A stretch of 64,000 nt of DNA from an uncultured Acidobacteriota bacterium (GTDB lineage: Bacteria; Acidobacteriota; Blastocatellia; RBC074). Made by a program: the position numbers and the translations under genes. Location of the stretch: assembly GCA_963796275.1 (NCBI GenBank), contig CAWCKY010000002.1, positions 64,001 to 128,000 on the forward strand, in the 5' to 3' direction. The notes beneath the pieces were generated by a model, which ran no database searches, was not told the DNA's origin, and saw only the letters and a program-made list of their open reading frames with translations. How positions within the stretch are numbered: position 1 is the first letter of the stretch; the number at the start of each line of letters is the position of its first letter. Below, piece by piece: positions 1 to 10,098 of the stretch.

Positions 1-1073
1 AACGTTTCAGCAATAAGACCAACGGCGTCACGCCGCGTCGCTGGCTGCTGATGTCGAATCCGGTGCTTTCGCATACCATCACCGACGCCATTGGCGACGG
101 CTGGATGTCTGATCTCGGCCAGTTGAGAAAGCTCGAACCGTTGGCCGACGACCAGGCATTACGTTCCGATTTTCTAAGGGCTAAACGTGAGGCTAAGTTG
201 CAATTTGCCGATTGGGTCAAGCGGACGACCGGCGAAACGATAGACGCCGACAGTATCTTCGATTGCCAGATCAAGCGTATACATGAATACAAGCGCCAGC
301 TTCTGAATGCGCTCCGAATCGTGGTGCTTTACAACCGGCTGAGGGAGAACCCCAGTCTTGACATGCCCCCGCACACATTCTTTTTCTCCGGCAAGGCCGC
401 GCCCGCCTATCGACTCGCCAAGGTCATCATCAAGTTCATCAACAATCTCGCCGTCACCATCGACGGCGATCCGTCGATGCGCGCCCGGCTCAAAGTACTG
501 TTCCTGCCCGAGTACCGGGTTTCGCTCGCGGAGCGGCTCATCCCCGCAAGCGATGTCTCAAACCAGATTTCGACCGCCGGCTACGAAGCCAGCGGGACGA
601 GCAACATGAAGTTCATGATGAACGGAGCGCTGACAATCGGCACGCGCGACGGTGCAACTATCGAGATGGCAGAAGAAGCGGGCGAAGAAAATTTCTTTCT
701 CTTCGGCTTGACTGCGGAACAGGTGGCTGCCAGCCGCGGCTGGTACAGCCCGCAGTGGCACTACGACAATGAGCCGGAGACCCGCGCCGCATTGGACCTC
801 ATCTTCTCGGACCACTTCAGCCGCAATGAACCGGGCGTCTTCGCTCCCTTGCGCGATACATTGCTGACGTATGGTGATCACTACATGCACCTGGCTGACC
901 TCAAGTCATATCTCGAGGCGGACCAACGGCTAGTCGATTTGTACACCGACTCGGAGGGATGGGCGCGCAAGGCGGTCTTGAATGTAGCCGGCTCCGGGAA
1001 GTTCTCCAGTGATCGCACGATCGCCGAATATGCAGCAGATATCTGGGACTTGAAGCAGTGCCCGGTGGAGTGA
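1..1073 (+). CDS. glgP: Glycogen/maltodextrin phosphorylase, 5'-partial
   Basis: Frame is open from position 3 (RFSNKTNGVTPRRWLL). QIKRIHEYKRQ, the PLP-lysine motif EASGTSNMK and FSSDRTIAEYA are present. Confidence 0.95.
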   Translation, partial: RFSNKTNGVTPRRWLLMSNPVLSHTITDAIGDGWMSDLGQLRKLEPLADDQALRSDFLRAKREAKLQFADWVKRTTGETIDADSIFDCQIKRIHEYKRQLLNALRIVVLYNRLRENPSLDMPPHTFFFSGKAAPAYRLAKVIIKFINNLAVTIDGDPSMRARLKVLFLPEYRVSLAERLIPASDVSNQISTAGYEASGTSNMKFMMNGALTIGTRDGATIEMAEEAGEENFFLFGLTAEQVAASRGWYSPQWHYDNEPETRAALDLIFSDHFSRNEPGVFAPLRDTLLTYGDHYMHLADLKSYLEADQRLVDLYTDSEGWARKAVLNVAGSGKFSSDRTIAEYAADIWDLKQCPVE

Positions 1074-1138
1074 AATCGCCGGTGAAATGGCGCTCGAATA
1101 TACGGTCAAATGAGAGTGAGGAGCGATTATCGAAAGGG

Positions 1139-1266
1139 AATATCTACAAGATATATGCGGAAAGTTTTATGGATCAAGGCCGATCCTGAGCGAAGCTCAA
1201 GAGATCGTGAACGATGCGCTAAAGTCCTCTGAGCCAATTCACCAGCAGAGCGAGGCGCGCAAATGA
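1139..1266 (+). pseudogene. pgm: Phosphoglucomutase C-terminal remnant
   Basis: Hand translation gives NIYKIYAESF...IL(S)EAQEIVNDAL, the typical Pgm C-terminus, with one frameshift. The rest of the gene is absent. Confidence 0.7.
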
Positions 1267-1399
1267 GTAGTGGCATTCGACCGCATGTTTTGCTTCTATT
1301 TCCCCCGGATTATCGGGACTCGGGCTTGCTGCTGCATTTTACGTCGTTGCCCTCGACTGCAGCATACGGGCTGGAGAGCTTTAAGGAGGAATCATAAAG

Positions 1400-2005
1400 A
1401 TGGCGCATACGAACGATGAACTTCCCGTCATCTTCTTGGCTAGGCACGGGGAAACGGCCTGGAGCCTGACGGGCCAGCACACAGGACTTACCGATTTGCC
1501 TCTAACCGAGGCCGGCGAGCGCAACGCCCGATGGCTTCAAGAAAGGCTGAGCGGGCTGAAGTTCATAAATGTATTCACTAGTCCTTTGCAGCGCGCCAGG
1601 CGAACCTGTGAGCTTGCCGGCTTTGGATCTGTAGCTGAAATCGATCACGACCTCGTCGAATGGGACTACGGCAAATACGAAGGTCGACGTTCTGTCGATA
1701 TTCGTGCGGAACGCCCCGACTGGGAACTGTTCCGCGACGGCTCCCCGGGCGGCGAATCGCCGCAGCGAGTCGCCGCGCGCGCTGACCGCGTTGTGAACCG
1801 CCTGCGCAGGTTGCCAGGCAATGTTCTACTTTTTTCCAGCGGGCATTTCTTGCGAGTGCTGGCCGCGCGATGGATTGGGATCGAAATATTCGGCGCCAGG
1901 TCATTCATGTTGAGTACGGCGAGCCTGAGCGCGCTGGGGTATGAGAACAGTCTTCTGAATCCGGCAATCCGACTGTGGAACGAGACTCGACATTTGGTTA
2001 TTTAA
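1400..2005 (+). CDS. Histidine phosphatase (phosphoglycerate mutase-like) family protein
   Basis: RHGET motif, SPLQRA, EWDYG.YEG; AGGAGG RBS upstream. Confidence 0.9.
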   Translation: MAHTNDELPVIFLARHGETAWSLTGQHTGLTDLPLTEAGERNARWLQERLSGLKFINVFTSPLQRARRTCELAGFGSVAEIDHDLVEWDYGKYEGRRSVDIRAERPDWELFRDGSPGGESPQRVAARADRVVNRLRRLPGNVLLFSSGHFLRVLAARWIGIEIFGARSFMLSTASLSALGYENSLLNPAIRLWNETRHLVI

Positions 2006-2056
2006 AAAGCGAAGGAAACTACCGGTAGCAATAGGCAATAAAGAAGGAGAGAGCAG

Positions 2057-3145
2057 ATGAAAGCGACACAACTACTTCATGACCTGGGCCAGAGTCTCTG
2101 GCTAGACAACATCACACGCGATCTTTTGGAGAGCGGTACGCTCAAAAAATATATCGCCGAGTTGTCGGTTACGGGGCTCACGTCGAATCCGACGATCTTC
2201 GACCATGCAATCAAAAACAGCACGACCTATGACGCGGCGATCAGAGAAAAGTTAGGTCAAGGCAAATCGGGCGATGAACTCTTCTTCGAGCTGGCGCTGG
2301 AGGACCTTACGCGAGCGGCGGACCTCTTTCGACCGATTTACGAAGGGTCAAATGGAGTTGACGGATGGGTGTCGTTGGAAGTGTCGCCACTTCTCGCGCA
2401 CGACACAGCCAGCACCATTGCCGCGGCGAAGGAACTGTTTGCGAGGGCGGGGCGCCCCAATCTGTTGATCAAGATTCCCGGAACGAAGGAAGGTCTTCCC
2501 GCGATCGAGGAATCGATCTTTTCCGGGATACCGGTCAATGTCACCCTCCTGTTCTCCCGCGAGCATTATCTGGCGGCGGCCGACGCATTTCTGCGAGGCA
2601 TCGAGCGTCGTATCGATGCCGGCCTCAACCCCGACGTTGACTCAGTAGCGTCGGTCTTCATCAGCCGATGGGACGCCGCTATTGCGAGCAAAACGCCTGA
2701 TGAGCTACACAACCAACTTGGCATCGCCATCGCGAAACGCACCTACAAAGCGGCGCGCACTCTGCTCAGTTCGCCGCGCTGGACACGCGTCTACAATCTC
2801 GGCGCTCGTCCGCAGCGCCTGTTGTGGGCGAGTACGGGAACCAAAGATCCCAAGGCTTCAGATATTCTCTATATTAAGAGCCTCGCCGCGCCTTTCACAG
2901 TGAACACTATGCCTGAAGGGACGTTGAAAGCCCTCGCGGCCCATACCGAATTGGGCGAGTTGCTACCGGTAGATGGCGGTGACTGTGAAAAGGTGTTAGC
3001 TGAGTTTGCCAGGGCAGGCATCGACGTCGACGCCCTGGCGGCGCAGCTTCAGGATGAAGGAGCCGAATCATTTATAGGGTCGTGGAATGATCTGATGGCG
3101 GTGATCTCGTCCAAGTGCAAAGCGCTGACAGCGGCAGTTAAATGA
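2057..3145 (+). CDS. tal: Transaldolase
   Basis: [45 protein letters not shown]. Confidence 0.95.
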   Translation: MKATQLLHDLGQSLWLDNITRDLLESGTLKKYIAELSVTGLTSNPTIFDHAIKNSTTYDAAIREKLGQGKSGDELFFELALEDLTRAADLFRPIYEGSNGVDGWVSLEVSPLLAHDTASTIAAAKELFARAGRPNLLIKIPGTKEGLPAIEESIFSGIPVNVTLLFSREHYLAAADAFLRGIERRIDAGLNPDVDSVASVFISRWDAAIASKTPDELHNQLGIAIAKRTYKAARTLLSSPRWTRVYNLGARPQRLLWASTGTKDPKASDILYIKSLAAPFTVNTMPEGTLKALAAHTELGELLPVDGGDCEKVLAEFARAGIDVDALAAQLQDEGAESFIGSWNDLMAVISSKCKALTAAVK

Positions 3146-3180
3146 GGAGAGAGAGCACCTTGAGGCGAAGGGAGACGAGA

Positions 3181-3368
3181 ATGACAGCGACAATCAAGAA
3201 ACAATCGGCGGTCAATCGTTCGACCGATGGGGCGTGGAATTCGGCAAGGTGCTGGCTCAACACATTATCCCGGAACTCGAGAGCAAGACGGAGCCCGGGC
3301 TCGAACATGACAGTTCAACGAACAACTCGATCCGCCGCTACCGAAATATGAAGGAGGGAGCATTATGA
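3181..3368 (+). pseudogene. pgi: Glucose-6-phosphate isomerase remnant (start fused to C-terminus)
   Basis: From 3216: [22 protein letters not shown]...[13 protein letters not shown], matching the Pgi FDQWGVELGK...HDSST C-terminus. Its stop overlaps the next ATG (ATGA). Confidence 0.85.
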
Positions 3369-4297
3369 AAACGATTGGCTATGACAAACCACTTTACATT
3401 CTGCCCTATGACCATCGAGGCTCATTCGAGACAAAGATGTTCGGGTGGCATGGTGATTTGACTGCCGCGCAAACGGCCGAAATCGCCGCCGCCAAGCGGG
3501 TGATCTACGACGGCTTCCAAGCCGCTGTAGCAGCCGGTGTACCAAAGGAGAAGGCAGCCATCCTGGTAGATGAGCAATTCGGCGCCGCAATCCTACGCGA
3601 TGCGGCGGCGTTGGGCTATACGATTGCATGCCCGGCCGAGAAGAGCGGGCAGGAGGAGTTCGACTTCGAGTACGGCGAGGACTTCGCCAAACATATCGAA
3701 GCTTTTCATCCGACATTCTGCAAGGTGCTGGTGCGTTACAACCCCGAGGGCAATCAGGCTCTGAATCAGCGTCAGTCGGCACGCCTGAAACGATTGTCCG
3801 ATTACCTGCACGGCAATGGGCAGAGCCGATTCATGTTCGAACTGCTGGTGCCGGCGGAGAAGTCGCAACTCGAACGTCTCAAAGGAGACAAGAAGACCTA
3901 CGACCTCGAGCTGCGCCCCGGGTTGATGGTGCAGACCATCTCGCAGCTTCAGGACGCGGGCGTCGAGCCGGATGTCTGGAAGATCGAAGGGCTCGACCGC
4001 CGCGAGGACTGCGAGCAGATCGTGGCCACTGCGCACCGCGGCGGCCGAGAAAAAGTCGGCTGCATCGTTCTGGGCCGCGGCGAGGACGTGAAGAAGGTGC
4101 GCGAATGGTTGACGATGGCAGCCGGAGTTCCGGGCTTCATCGGTTTCGCCGTTGGAAGGACGGATTTCTGGGGACCGCTCGTTGACTTCAGGGAGAAGAA
4201 GATCACCCGCGAAGCCGCTGTAGCCGAGATTGCCGGCCGCTACCGCGAGTTTGTGGATATTTTTGAGAACGCCCGCGCCAGGATCAGTGCGGCGTGA
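3365..4297 (+). CDS. DUF2090 / IolC-C-terminal-like class I aldolase-fold protein
   Basis: [47 protein letters not shown]. Confidence 0.8.
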   Translation: MKTIGYDKPLYILPYDHRGSFETKMFGWHGDLTAAQTAEIAAAKRVIYDGFQAAVAAGVPKEKAAILVDEQFGAAILRDAAALGYTIACPAEKSGQEEFDFEYGEDFAKHIEAFHPTFCKVLVRYNPEGNQALNQRQSARLKRLSDYLHGNGQSRFMFELLVPAEKSQLERLKGDKKTYDLELRPGLMVQTISQLQDAGVEPDVWKIEGLDRREDCEQIVATAHRGGREKVGCIVLGRGEDVKKVREWLTMAAGVPGFIGFAVGRTDFWGPLVDFREKKITREAAVAEIAGRYREFVDIFENARARISAA

Positions 4298-4434
4298 ACG
4301 GGAAATAAAATGGAGAACAAAATTGCGGCAGCATAGGTGTATGCACCGCCATGCAACGGTTGCGTAACGCGATTGATCGCGGCGCGCAGTAACCTAAGAA
4401 ATGAGCGACGATCTCTTTTCAAGGATGAGGGCTT

Positions 4435-5458
4435 ATGCAAATTGGAATGGTAGGTCTTGGCAGGATGGGCGCCAACATGGTGCGGCGCTTGATTCGGAAC
4501 GGCCACAATTGCGTGGTGTTCGATAGGTCGCCGGAGACAGTGAGCAATCTGGCCAAAGAGAAGGCGATTGGAGCCGCCTCCCTGGCGGACCTGGTAAAGA
4601 AGCTCGCGAAACCGCGGGCAGTCTGGCTGATGGTCCCCGCGGCAGTCGTGGACGAGACAATTACTGATCTTCTGCCCTCTGCTCGATGCGGGAGATATCA
4701 TCATAGACGGCGGAAACTCTTATTACGTCGACGACATTCGCCGCGCCAAGCAACTGGCGCCAAGACGCATCCACTATGTTGATGTTGGCACGAGCGGCGG
4801 CGTCTGGGGACTGGAGCGAGGCTACTGCATGATGATCGGCGGCGAGACGGACGTGGTTAAACACCTCGACCCAATCTTCGCGACGCTGGCGCCGGGCATA
4901 GGCGACATCCCGCATACGACGGGACGTGAGAAGCCTGAAGGGACTGCCGAACAAGGATACCTGCACTGCGGTCCAAACGGTGCCGGCCATTTCGTCAAGA
5001 TGGTCCACAACGGGATTGAGTACGGAATCATGGCAGCCTATGCCGAAGGGCTGGGCGTACTGAGGTCCGCTAATATCGGCAAGCGGAATCACGGAATCGA
5101 TGCCGAGACAGCGCCGCTGGGCGATCCCGAGCATTATCAGTACGACCTCGATCTCTCTGATATCGCAGAGGTGTGGCGGCGTGGCAGCGTGATTGCATCG
5201 TGGTTGCTGGATCTCACAGCGACGGCCCTGCACGATGATCCGACTCTCTCGCATTTCGCAGGCCGGGTGTCTGACTCGGGCGAGGGTCGCTGGACGATCA
5301 AGGCCGCAATTGATGAAGCAGTGCCGGTCCCGGTGCTTAGCTCAGCTCTGTTCGAGCGATTCGAGTCACAGGGCGAAGCGGGTTTTGTGGACAAACTCCT
5401 GTCCGCTATGCGGTATCAATTCGGCGGGCATCTAGAGAAAGCAGCGGAAAAATCATAG
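4435..5458 (+). CDS. gnd: Decarboxylating 6-phosphogluconate dehydrogenase (short type), one frameshift near 4680
   Basis: GLGRMGANM, then after the shift [48 protein letters not shown]. Confidence 0.9.
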
Positions 5459-5474
5459 GCGGAAGGAGGAACTC

Positions 5475-6878
5475 ATGAGTAATTTAAACTCGGACGCGCT
5501 GGTATTCTTTGGCGCCACGGGCGATCTGGCTTACAAGAAGATATTCCCAGCGCTGCAGGGCATGGTGAAGCGTGGACACCTGAATGTGCCTGTCATCGGG
5601 GTGGCCAAATCCGGATGGAATCTGGAACAGATGCGGGCGCGGGCACATGACAGCATTGAGAAACATGGCGTGGTCGATCCGGCGGCCTTCGAAAAACTGT
5701 GCAGGTTGCTACGCTACGTTGATGGTGATTACCAGGAACGAGCGACGTTCGAAGCGCTTGCCCAAGAACTGAAGGGTGTCGAGCGGCCGGCTCATTATCT
5801 GGCCATTCCCCCCGTACTCTTCGAAGCGGTAGTGCAGCAGCTGGCAAACACGGGCTGCGCCAACGGGGCCCGCGTGATCATCGAAAAGCCTTTCGGACAT
5901 GATCTTGCCTCCGCACGTGAACTGAACCAGATACTCCTCAGCGTCTTTGACGAAGCAAATATATTTCGCATTGACCACTACCTCGGAAAGCGACCGGTGG
6001 ACAACCTGCTGGTCTTTCGCTTCGCGAACACGTTCGTTGAATCGTTCTGGAATCGCAACTATATCGAGAGCGTGCAGCTCACTATGGCGGAAGACTTCGG
6101 CGTCCAGAGCCGGGGAGCTTTCTACGACGGGACAGGCGCCATCCGCGACGTGATTCAAAATCATCTTTTTCAGGTCCTTTCGAATCTGGCGATGGAGCCG
6201 CCAGCCAGGCTCGATAGCGAATCTATACGCGATGAAAAGGTCAAAGTACTGAAGGCGATTCCGCCAATCGATGAGAAGCAACTGGTCCGCGGCCAGTTCT
6301 ATGGCTATCGCGACGAGAAGGGAGTAGCACAGAATTCGCTGGTGGAAACCTTTGCTGCATTGAAGCTGGAGATCAATTCCTGGCGCTGGAAAGGGGTTCC
6401 TTTCTACATCCGGGCGGGAAAATGTCTGCCTGTGACCTGCACCGAAATTGTGGGCCGGTTCCGCAAGCCTCCCTCACTGATCCCTGCCGAGGCTCTGAGG
6501 GAGGATCATCTGCGCCTCCGCCTCAACCCCGAGGTGATAATCGCTATGGGGATGATGGTCATGACTCCGGGAGAGGAGATGGCCGCGCAGCCGGTTGAAA
6601 TGCTGGCGTCCCATTCTCCGCACCCAGGTGATATGGATGCTTACGAACGGGTCTTGGGAGCCGCGATGGAAGGAGATGCGACGCTGTTCGCGCGGGAAGA
6701 CTACGTGGAAGAGGCATGGCGCATCGTTGATCCGATGCTGAAGAAGGTGACGCCAATCTACGGATACGAACCGAATACGTGGGGGCCGATTGAGGTTGAG
6801 CGAGTGACGCCGATGGGAGGCTGGAGCAATCCGACGAACGGTGAAGAGAGATTTACGAACACAGTGCAGGCAGCATGA
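5475..6878 (+). CDS. zwf: Glucose-6-phosphate 1-dehydrogenase
   Basis: FGATGDLA, EKPFG, RIDHYLGK, RDVIQNHL, RWKGVPFYIRAGK. Confidence 0.95.
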   Translation: MSNLNSDALVFFGATGDLAYKKIFPALQGMVKRGHLNVPVIGVAKSGWNLEQMRARAHDSIEKHGVVDPAAFEKLCRLLRYVDGDYQERATFEALAQELKGVERPAHYLAIPPVLFEAVVQQLANTGCANGARVIIEKPFGHDLASARELNQILLSVFDEANIFRIDHYLGKRPVDNLLVFRFANTFVESFWNRNYIESVQLTMAEDFGVQSRGAFYDGTGAIRDVIQNHLFQVLSNLAMEPPARLDSESIRDEKVKVLKAIPPIDEKQLVRGQFYGYRDEKGVAQNSLVETFAALKLEINSWRWKGVPFYIRAGKCLPVTCTEIVGRFRKPPSLIPAEALREDHLRLRLNPEVIIAMGMMVMTPGEEMAAQPVEMLASHSPHPGDMDAYERVLGAAMEGDATLFAREDYVEEAWRIVDPMLKKVTPIYGYEPNTWGPIEVERVTPMGGWSNPTNGEERFTNTVQAA

Positions 6879-6915
6879 GCCTTGATTGTATTAGTCAGGA
6901 ATTGGATAAGCTGTA

Positions 6916-7058
6916 ATGAATGTTGAAGTTATGCCGGTGCAGCCACGGTTGCCCGAGAGGCCGCCGCCGTTGTCTCTGGAGGCCATAACGGCATCGCCGC
7001 ACGCGGTGCCTTCGTTATGGCAGTGAGCGGCGGCCGCACGTCGTGGCTAATGCTTCGC
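6916..7058 (+). pseudogene. pgl: 6-phosphogluconolactonase N-terminal remnant
   Basis: AREAAAVV...IAARGAFVMAVSGGRTSWLMLR resembles the Pgl SGG.TP motif. It lies directly after zwf and is truncated. Confidence 0.65.
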
Positions 7059-7450
7059 AACACAAGCAGGACACTGCAGAAGCTCACGGTGAGCCACTCG
7101 GTGACGAAGAGGTCCGGCTCACGAAACGGAGCTACGGATGGCCTGAGGATGACAAATTTTTTGTTCCGGATGGGGTGTATGACCACTTCTCTGCCCGCAT
7201 TGGTGCTCGCGGCGCGAAGTTACGGCAGGAATGGACGAAGTTGTTCGAAGCATATCGAGCCAATTATCCAGAGCTCGCAAACGAAATCGAGCTCATGCAA
7301 CGGAGAGAACTTCCCACCGGGTGGGACCATGATCTCCCTGTTTTTCCGCCCGATGGCAAGGGAATTGCCGGACGGGACGCTTCAGGGAAAGTGTTGAACT
7401 TACTCGCACAAAATATCCCATGGTTCCTAGGTGGCTCTGCTGACCTCGGA
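7059..7450 (+). pseudogene. tkt: Transketolase internal fragment
   Basis: KQDTAEAHGEPLG.EEVRLTK..YGWP...F.VP and RDASGKVLN...GGSADL; both ends are missing. Confidence 0.85.
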
Positions 7451-7661
7451 GGTAAAATCCGACGTTACGCGCCGGTTGCTGTTTCAAGAAAAGCTCGTGA
7501 TCCGGATTCCAGCAGTCAGAGTCGGCTGACGTTGCGCACAACTTCTGGGTCAGGGTTTACTTCCCTGCCCTTTAATAATGGAGTATGCCTGGAGTAATGG
7601 TCAGATGGAGGGTCAGATCACCTACTTCAATTCCCGCCCGAACCTTTATTTGGCTTTGGCT

Positions 7662-7980
7662 CTATAATCGAGTTTCTTTTCTCTTCTTTCCGTACCACTG
7701 CTCGGCTATCCGGTCGGGCTCGATCATAACGCCATCCAGCTCCAATACCTTAGCGGTAATCGCGTATGTCACTTGCGGCGGAACCACCAGCTCATAGTGC
7801 CGTGATATCCAACCTTCTGATCTCAGCAGTCGCAGTAGTTCGGTCAGCGTCTTGGTGGAGATTGATCCCAGACATCGCTTCAACTCCCGAACCGCTTCGG
7901 TCCTTCCATTTGCAATCTATTCATGTGCAATCGATGCAGCAGAAGGAGGGTCCAAGGACTGGCTAGGATCGTCCGCAGTT
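7662..7980 (-). pseudogene. HxlR-family winged-helix regulator, frameshifted
   Basis: SPWTLLLLHRL...GPKRFG / ELKRCLGSISTKTLTELLR...VPPQVTYAIT. Confidence 0.7.
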
Positions 7981-8162
7981 TTTGTAACGGCTCGTGTTCG
8001 TTATCGCCGGTCGCTTAAGGCATGTCCCTGGGAATATTTCCTTCCTAAACTGTCATTTCTACTAATAGTCCTCAGCTGAGACCTCGATTAGCATGAACCA
8101 CTGTGGTGCAATTGTTTCTTTCAAGAACGAAGGATGAGATTACCGTGCTAAGTCGCGCGGTC

Positions 8163-8233
8163 TTAATATTCCTCTCCATCCAAGCTCGCCCAGATGCTCG
8201 CTATGGATGGAGTATCCTTTTGAGGTTTAGATG
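8163..8233 (+). repeat. Dispersed ~70-nt leader element, copy 1
   Basis: cctctccatccaagctcgcccagatgctcgctatggatggagtatccttttgaggtttagatg; homologous to 34308-34380 (-) and 38125-38181 (+). Confidence 0.85.
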
Positions 8234-8237
8234 AATT

Positions 8238-8627
8238 ATGACAAAAATAAAACTAATGTTTGTTTTGCTATGTCTCATGACCAGCGCGGCGATGGCTCAG
8301 CAGCCCGAGATCACAACGCTCATGTCGAAAGAGCTGACGGACATTCCCGGCAAGGAAGTGGTAATGATCACAGTCGAGTATGCCCCGGGCGGGTCGGACC
8401 CTATCCACCGACACAATGCACATGCATTTGTTTATGTGCTGGAGGGCTCCGTTGTGATGGGGTTGAAGGGTGGAAAGCAAGTAACGCTGAAGCCAGGACA
8501 GACCTTTTACGAAGGCCCAGACGATGTTCATACCATTGGCCGGAACGCAAGCAGTACCGAGCCGGCAAAATTCCTGGTGTTCTTTGTCAAGGACAAGGGC
8601 GCTCCAATACTAACGCCAGCACAATGA
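8238..8627 (+). CDS. Secreted cupin-domain protein
   Basis: Signal peptide; HRHNAHAFVYVLEG and FYEGPDDVH cupin motifs. Confidence 0.9.
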   Translation: MTKIKLMFVLLCLMTSAAMAQQPEITTLMSKELTDIPGKEVVMITVEYAPGGSDPIHRHNAHAFVYVLEGSVVMGLKGGKQVTLKPGQTFYEGPDDVHTIGRNASSTEPAKFLVFFVKDKGAPILTPAQ

Positions 8628-8772
8628 CTGCCGGAATCTCTAAGATAGAAACCGGATGATAAGCGCAGTACGACTCAATTCCGAGTTCATCTCGGAGATT
8701 ACTCGTCGGGATTACGGGTGACGAACGAAAGGTCACATAAGGAGATTAATGATGAAGAACGAAAGGTCAACT

Positions 8773-9522
8773 ATGAAGATCGTGGTTATTGGCGGTAGTG
8801 GGCTCATCGGATCAAAGCTCGTAAAGAAGCTCGGTGAGTTTGGTTACCAGGCAGTGGCGGCGTCGCCCAATTCGGGCGTTAACACACTCACCGGCGAGGG
8901 ACTTGCGGAAGTCCTTGAGGGCGCCTCGGTGGTCGTTGATGTATCGAACTCTCCTTCGTGGGAGGACGCGGCCGTGATGACGTTCTTCGAGACATCAACC
9001 CGTAACCTCCTCGCCTATGAAGCGGCCGCAGGCGTGGGACATCACGTGGCGTTGTCAGTCGTAGGATCTGAGCGTCTGATCGAAAGCGGCTACTTCCGTG
9101 CAAAAATCGCTCAGGAGAATTTGATCAAGGAATCCTCAATCCCTTATTCAATTATCCGCGCCACGCAGTTCTTCGAATTCGTAAAGAGCATCGCCGATTT
9201 ATCCACCGACAACAACAAAGTGCGCCTGCCGCCTGCATTAATCCAGCCCATGGCGGCCGATGATGTCGCCAGTGCGGTAGGCCGGATCGCGATAGGCTCA
9301 CCAGTGAATGGCACCGTTGAAATAGGGGGGCCGGAAAAGTTTCGTCTCGATGAATTGATCCGAGGAAGCCTGGCTGCGCGCAAGGATCCGCGCGAGGTTG
9401 TCGCTGACCCGCAGGCGCGCTACTACGGCGCGGAGCTGAGCGAACGCACACTCGTTCCCGGCGATGATGCGCGACTCGGCGAGACGCATTTCAAAGACTG
9501 GCTCAGCCGCTCCACAAGTTAG
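8773..9522 (+). CDS. Atypical SDR / NmrA-like NAD(P)-binding protein
   Basis: MKIVVIGGSGLIG Rossmann motif, YFRAK, RATQFFEF. The start may instead be 8749. Confidence 0.85.
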   Translation: MKIVVIGGSGLIGSKLVKKLGEFGYQAVAASPNSGVNTLTGEGLAEVLEGASVVVDVSNSPSWEDAAVMTFFETSTRNLLAYEAAAGVGHHVALSVVGSERLIESGYFRAKIAQENLIKESSIPYSIIRATQFFEFVKSIADLSTDNNKVRLPPALIQPMAADDVASAVGRIAIGSPVNGTVEIGGPEKFRLDELIRGSLAARKDPREVVADPQARYYGAELSERTLVPGDDARLGETHFKDWLSRSTS

Positions 9523-9691
9523 ATCAGGGGTTATTGTCATTATTGATGCCTCAGAATTCATACCTAAGTGGGGAAGCGATCCCGTCACTTAGGCATCAAT
9601 AGTGGGACTGTGCCCATATGGTCGAAAGAAAGTGACGAGTTCCAAATGATCTACAAATAATCGTTATGCTTCGGTTGCTCCTGACATCTGT

Positions 9692-9779
9692 GCCGAACAA
9701 ACCGCTGCAGCCGACCCCCTCCAGCATACGCTCGTGCATCGCTCCCGCTTTCGGGCGCGGCTGAGCGGCAGCCTTAGGC
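9692..9779 (+). mobile_element. Integron attC-like recombination site (degenerate, solitary)
   Basis: GCCGAAC (R'')-aaa-CCGCTGCAGCCG ... CGGCTGAGCGG-cagc-CTTAGGC (R'). The inner boxes pair with one unpaired G; 88 bp; GTT core altered to CTT. Confidence 0.7.
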
Positions 9780-9864
9780 GCTCGCAGGTCAGATAACCCA
9801 CAATAAACCGGTAAATATATGATGAAGTTCAGTCACTGAAATCAAAAACCGACATGGAGAAAAT

Positions 9865-10098
9865 ATGACAACAAACGATGTTCGTTTTGGCACACACATC
9901 AAATGGTACTTTACGGCGCTCTTCAGGGCTCATATGCTTGATTACTCCAAAAATGCCCTCGACCTTTGGGATCTAGACAACGTAAAGGATAGCTTTGATG
10001 ATATCCGAAGTAGTATCAATAAAGACCAGAACGCGCCGGGTGTTATGCCGCCCTCGAGCCTCTGGGGACACATATGGGATAAAGGAACGATCAGATGA
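9865..10098 (+). CDS. Small AT-rich hypothetical protein, possibly a truncated gene cassette
   Basis: GGAG RBS; follows the attC-like site; F..HI...F....HM...DL..LDNVK...MPP...W pattern. Confidence 0.45.
   Translation: MTTNDVRFGTHIKWYFTALFRAHMLDYSKNALDLWDLDNVKDSFDDIRSSINKDQNAPGVMPPSSLWGHIWDKGTIR

Noticed and set aside
8231-8659. 142-aa ORF overlapping the cupin
   Set aside because: Shadow frame. Its ATG belongs to the repeated leader, and the cupin frame carries the motifs.
8723-8769. GAACGAAAGGTCA direct repeat
   Set aside because: 13 bp, two copies around alternative start sites; no further evidence of function.
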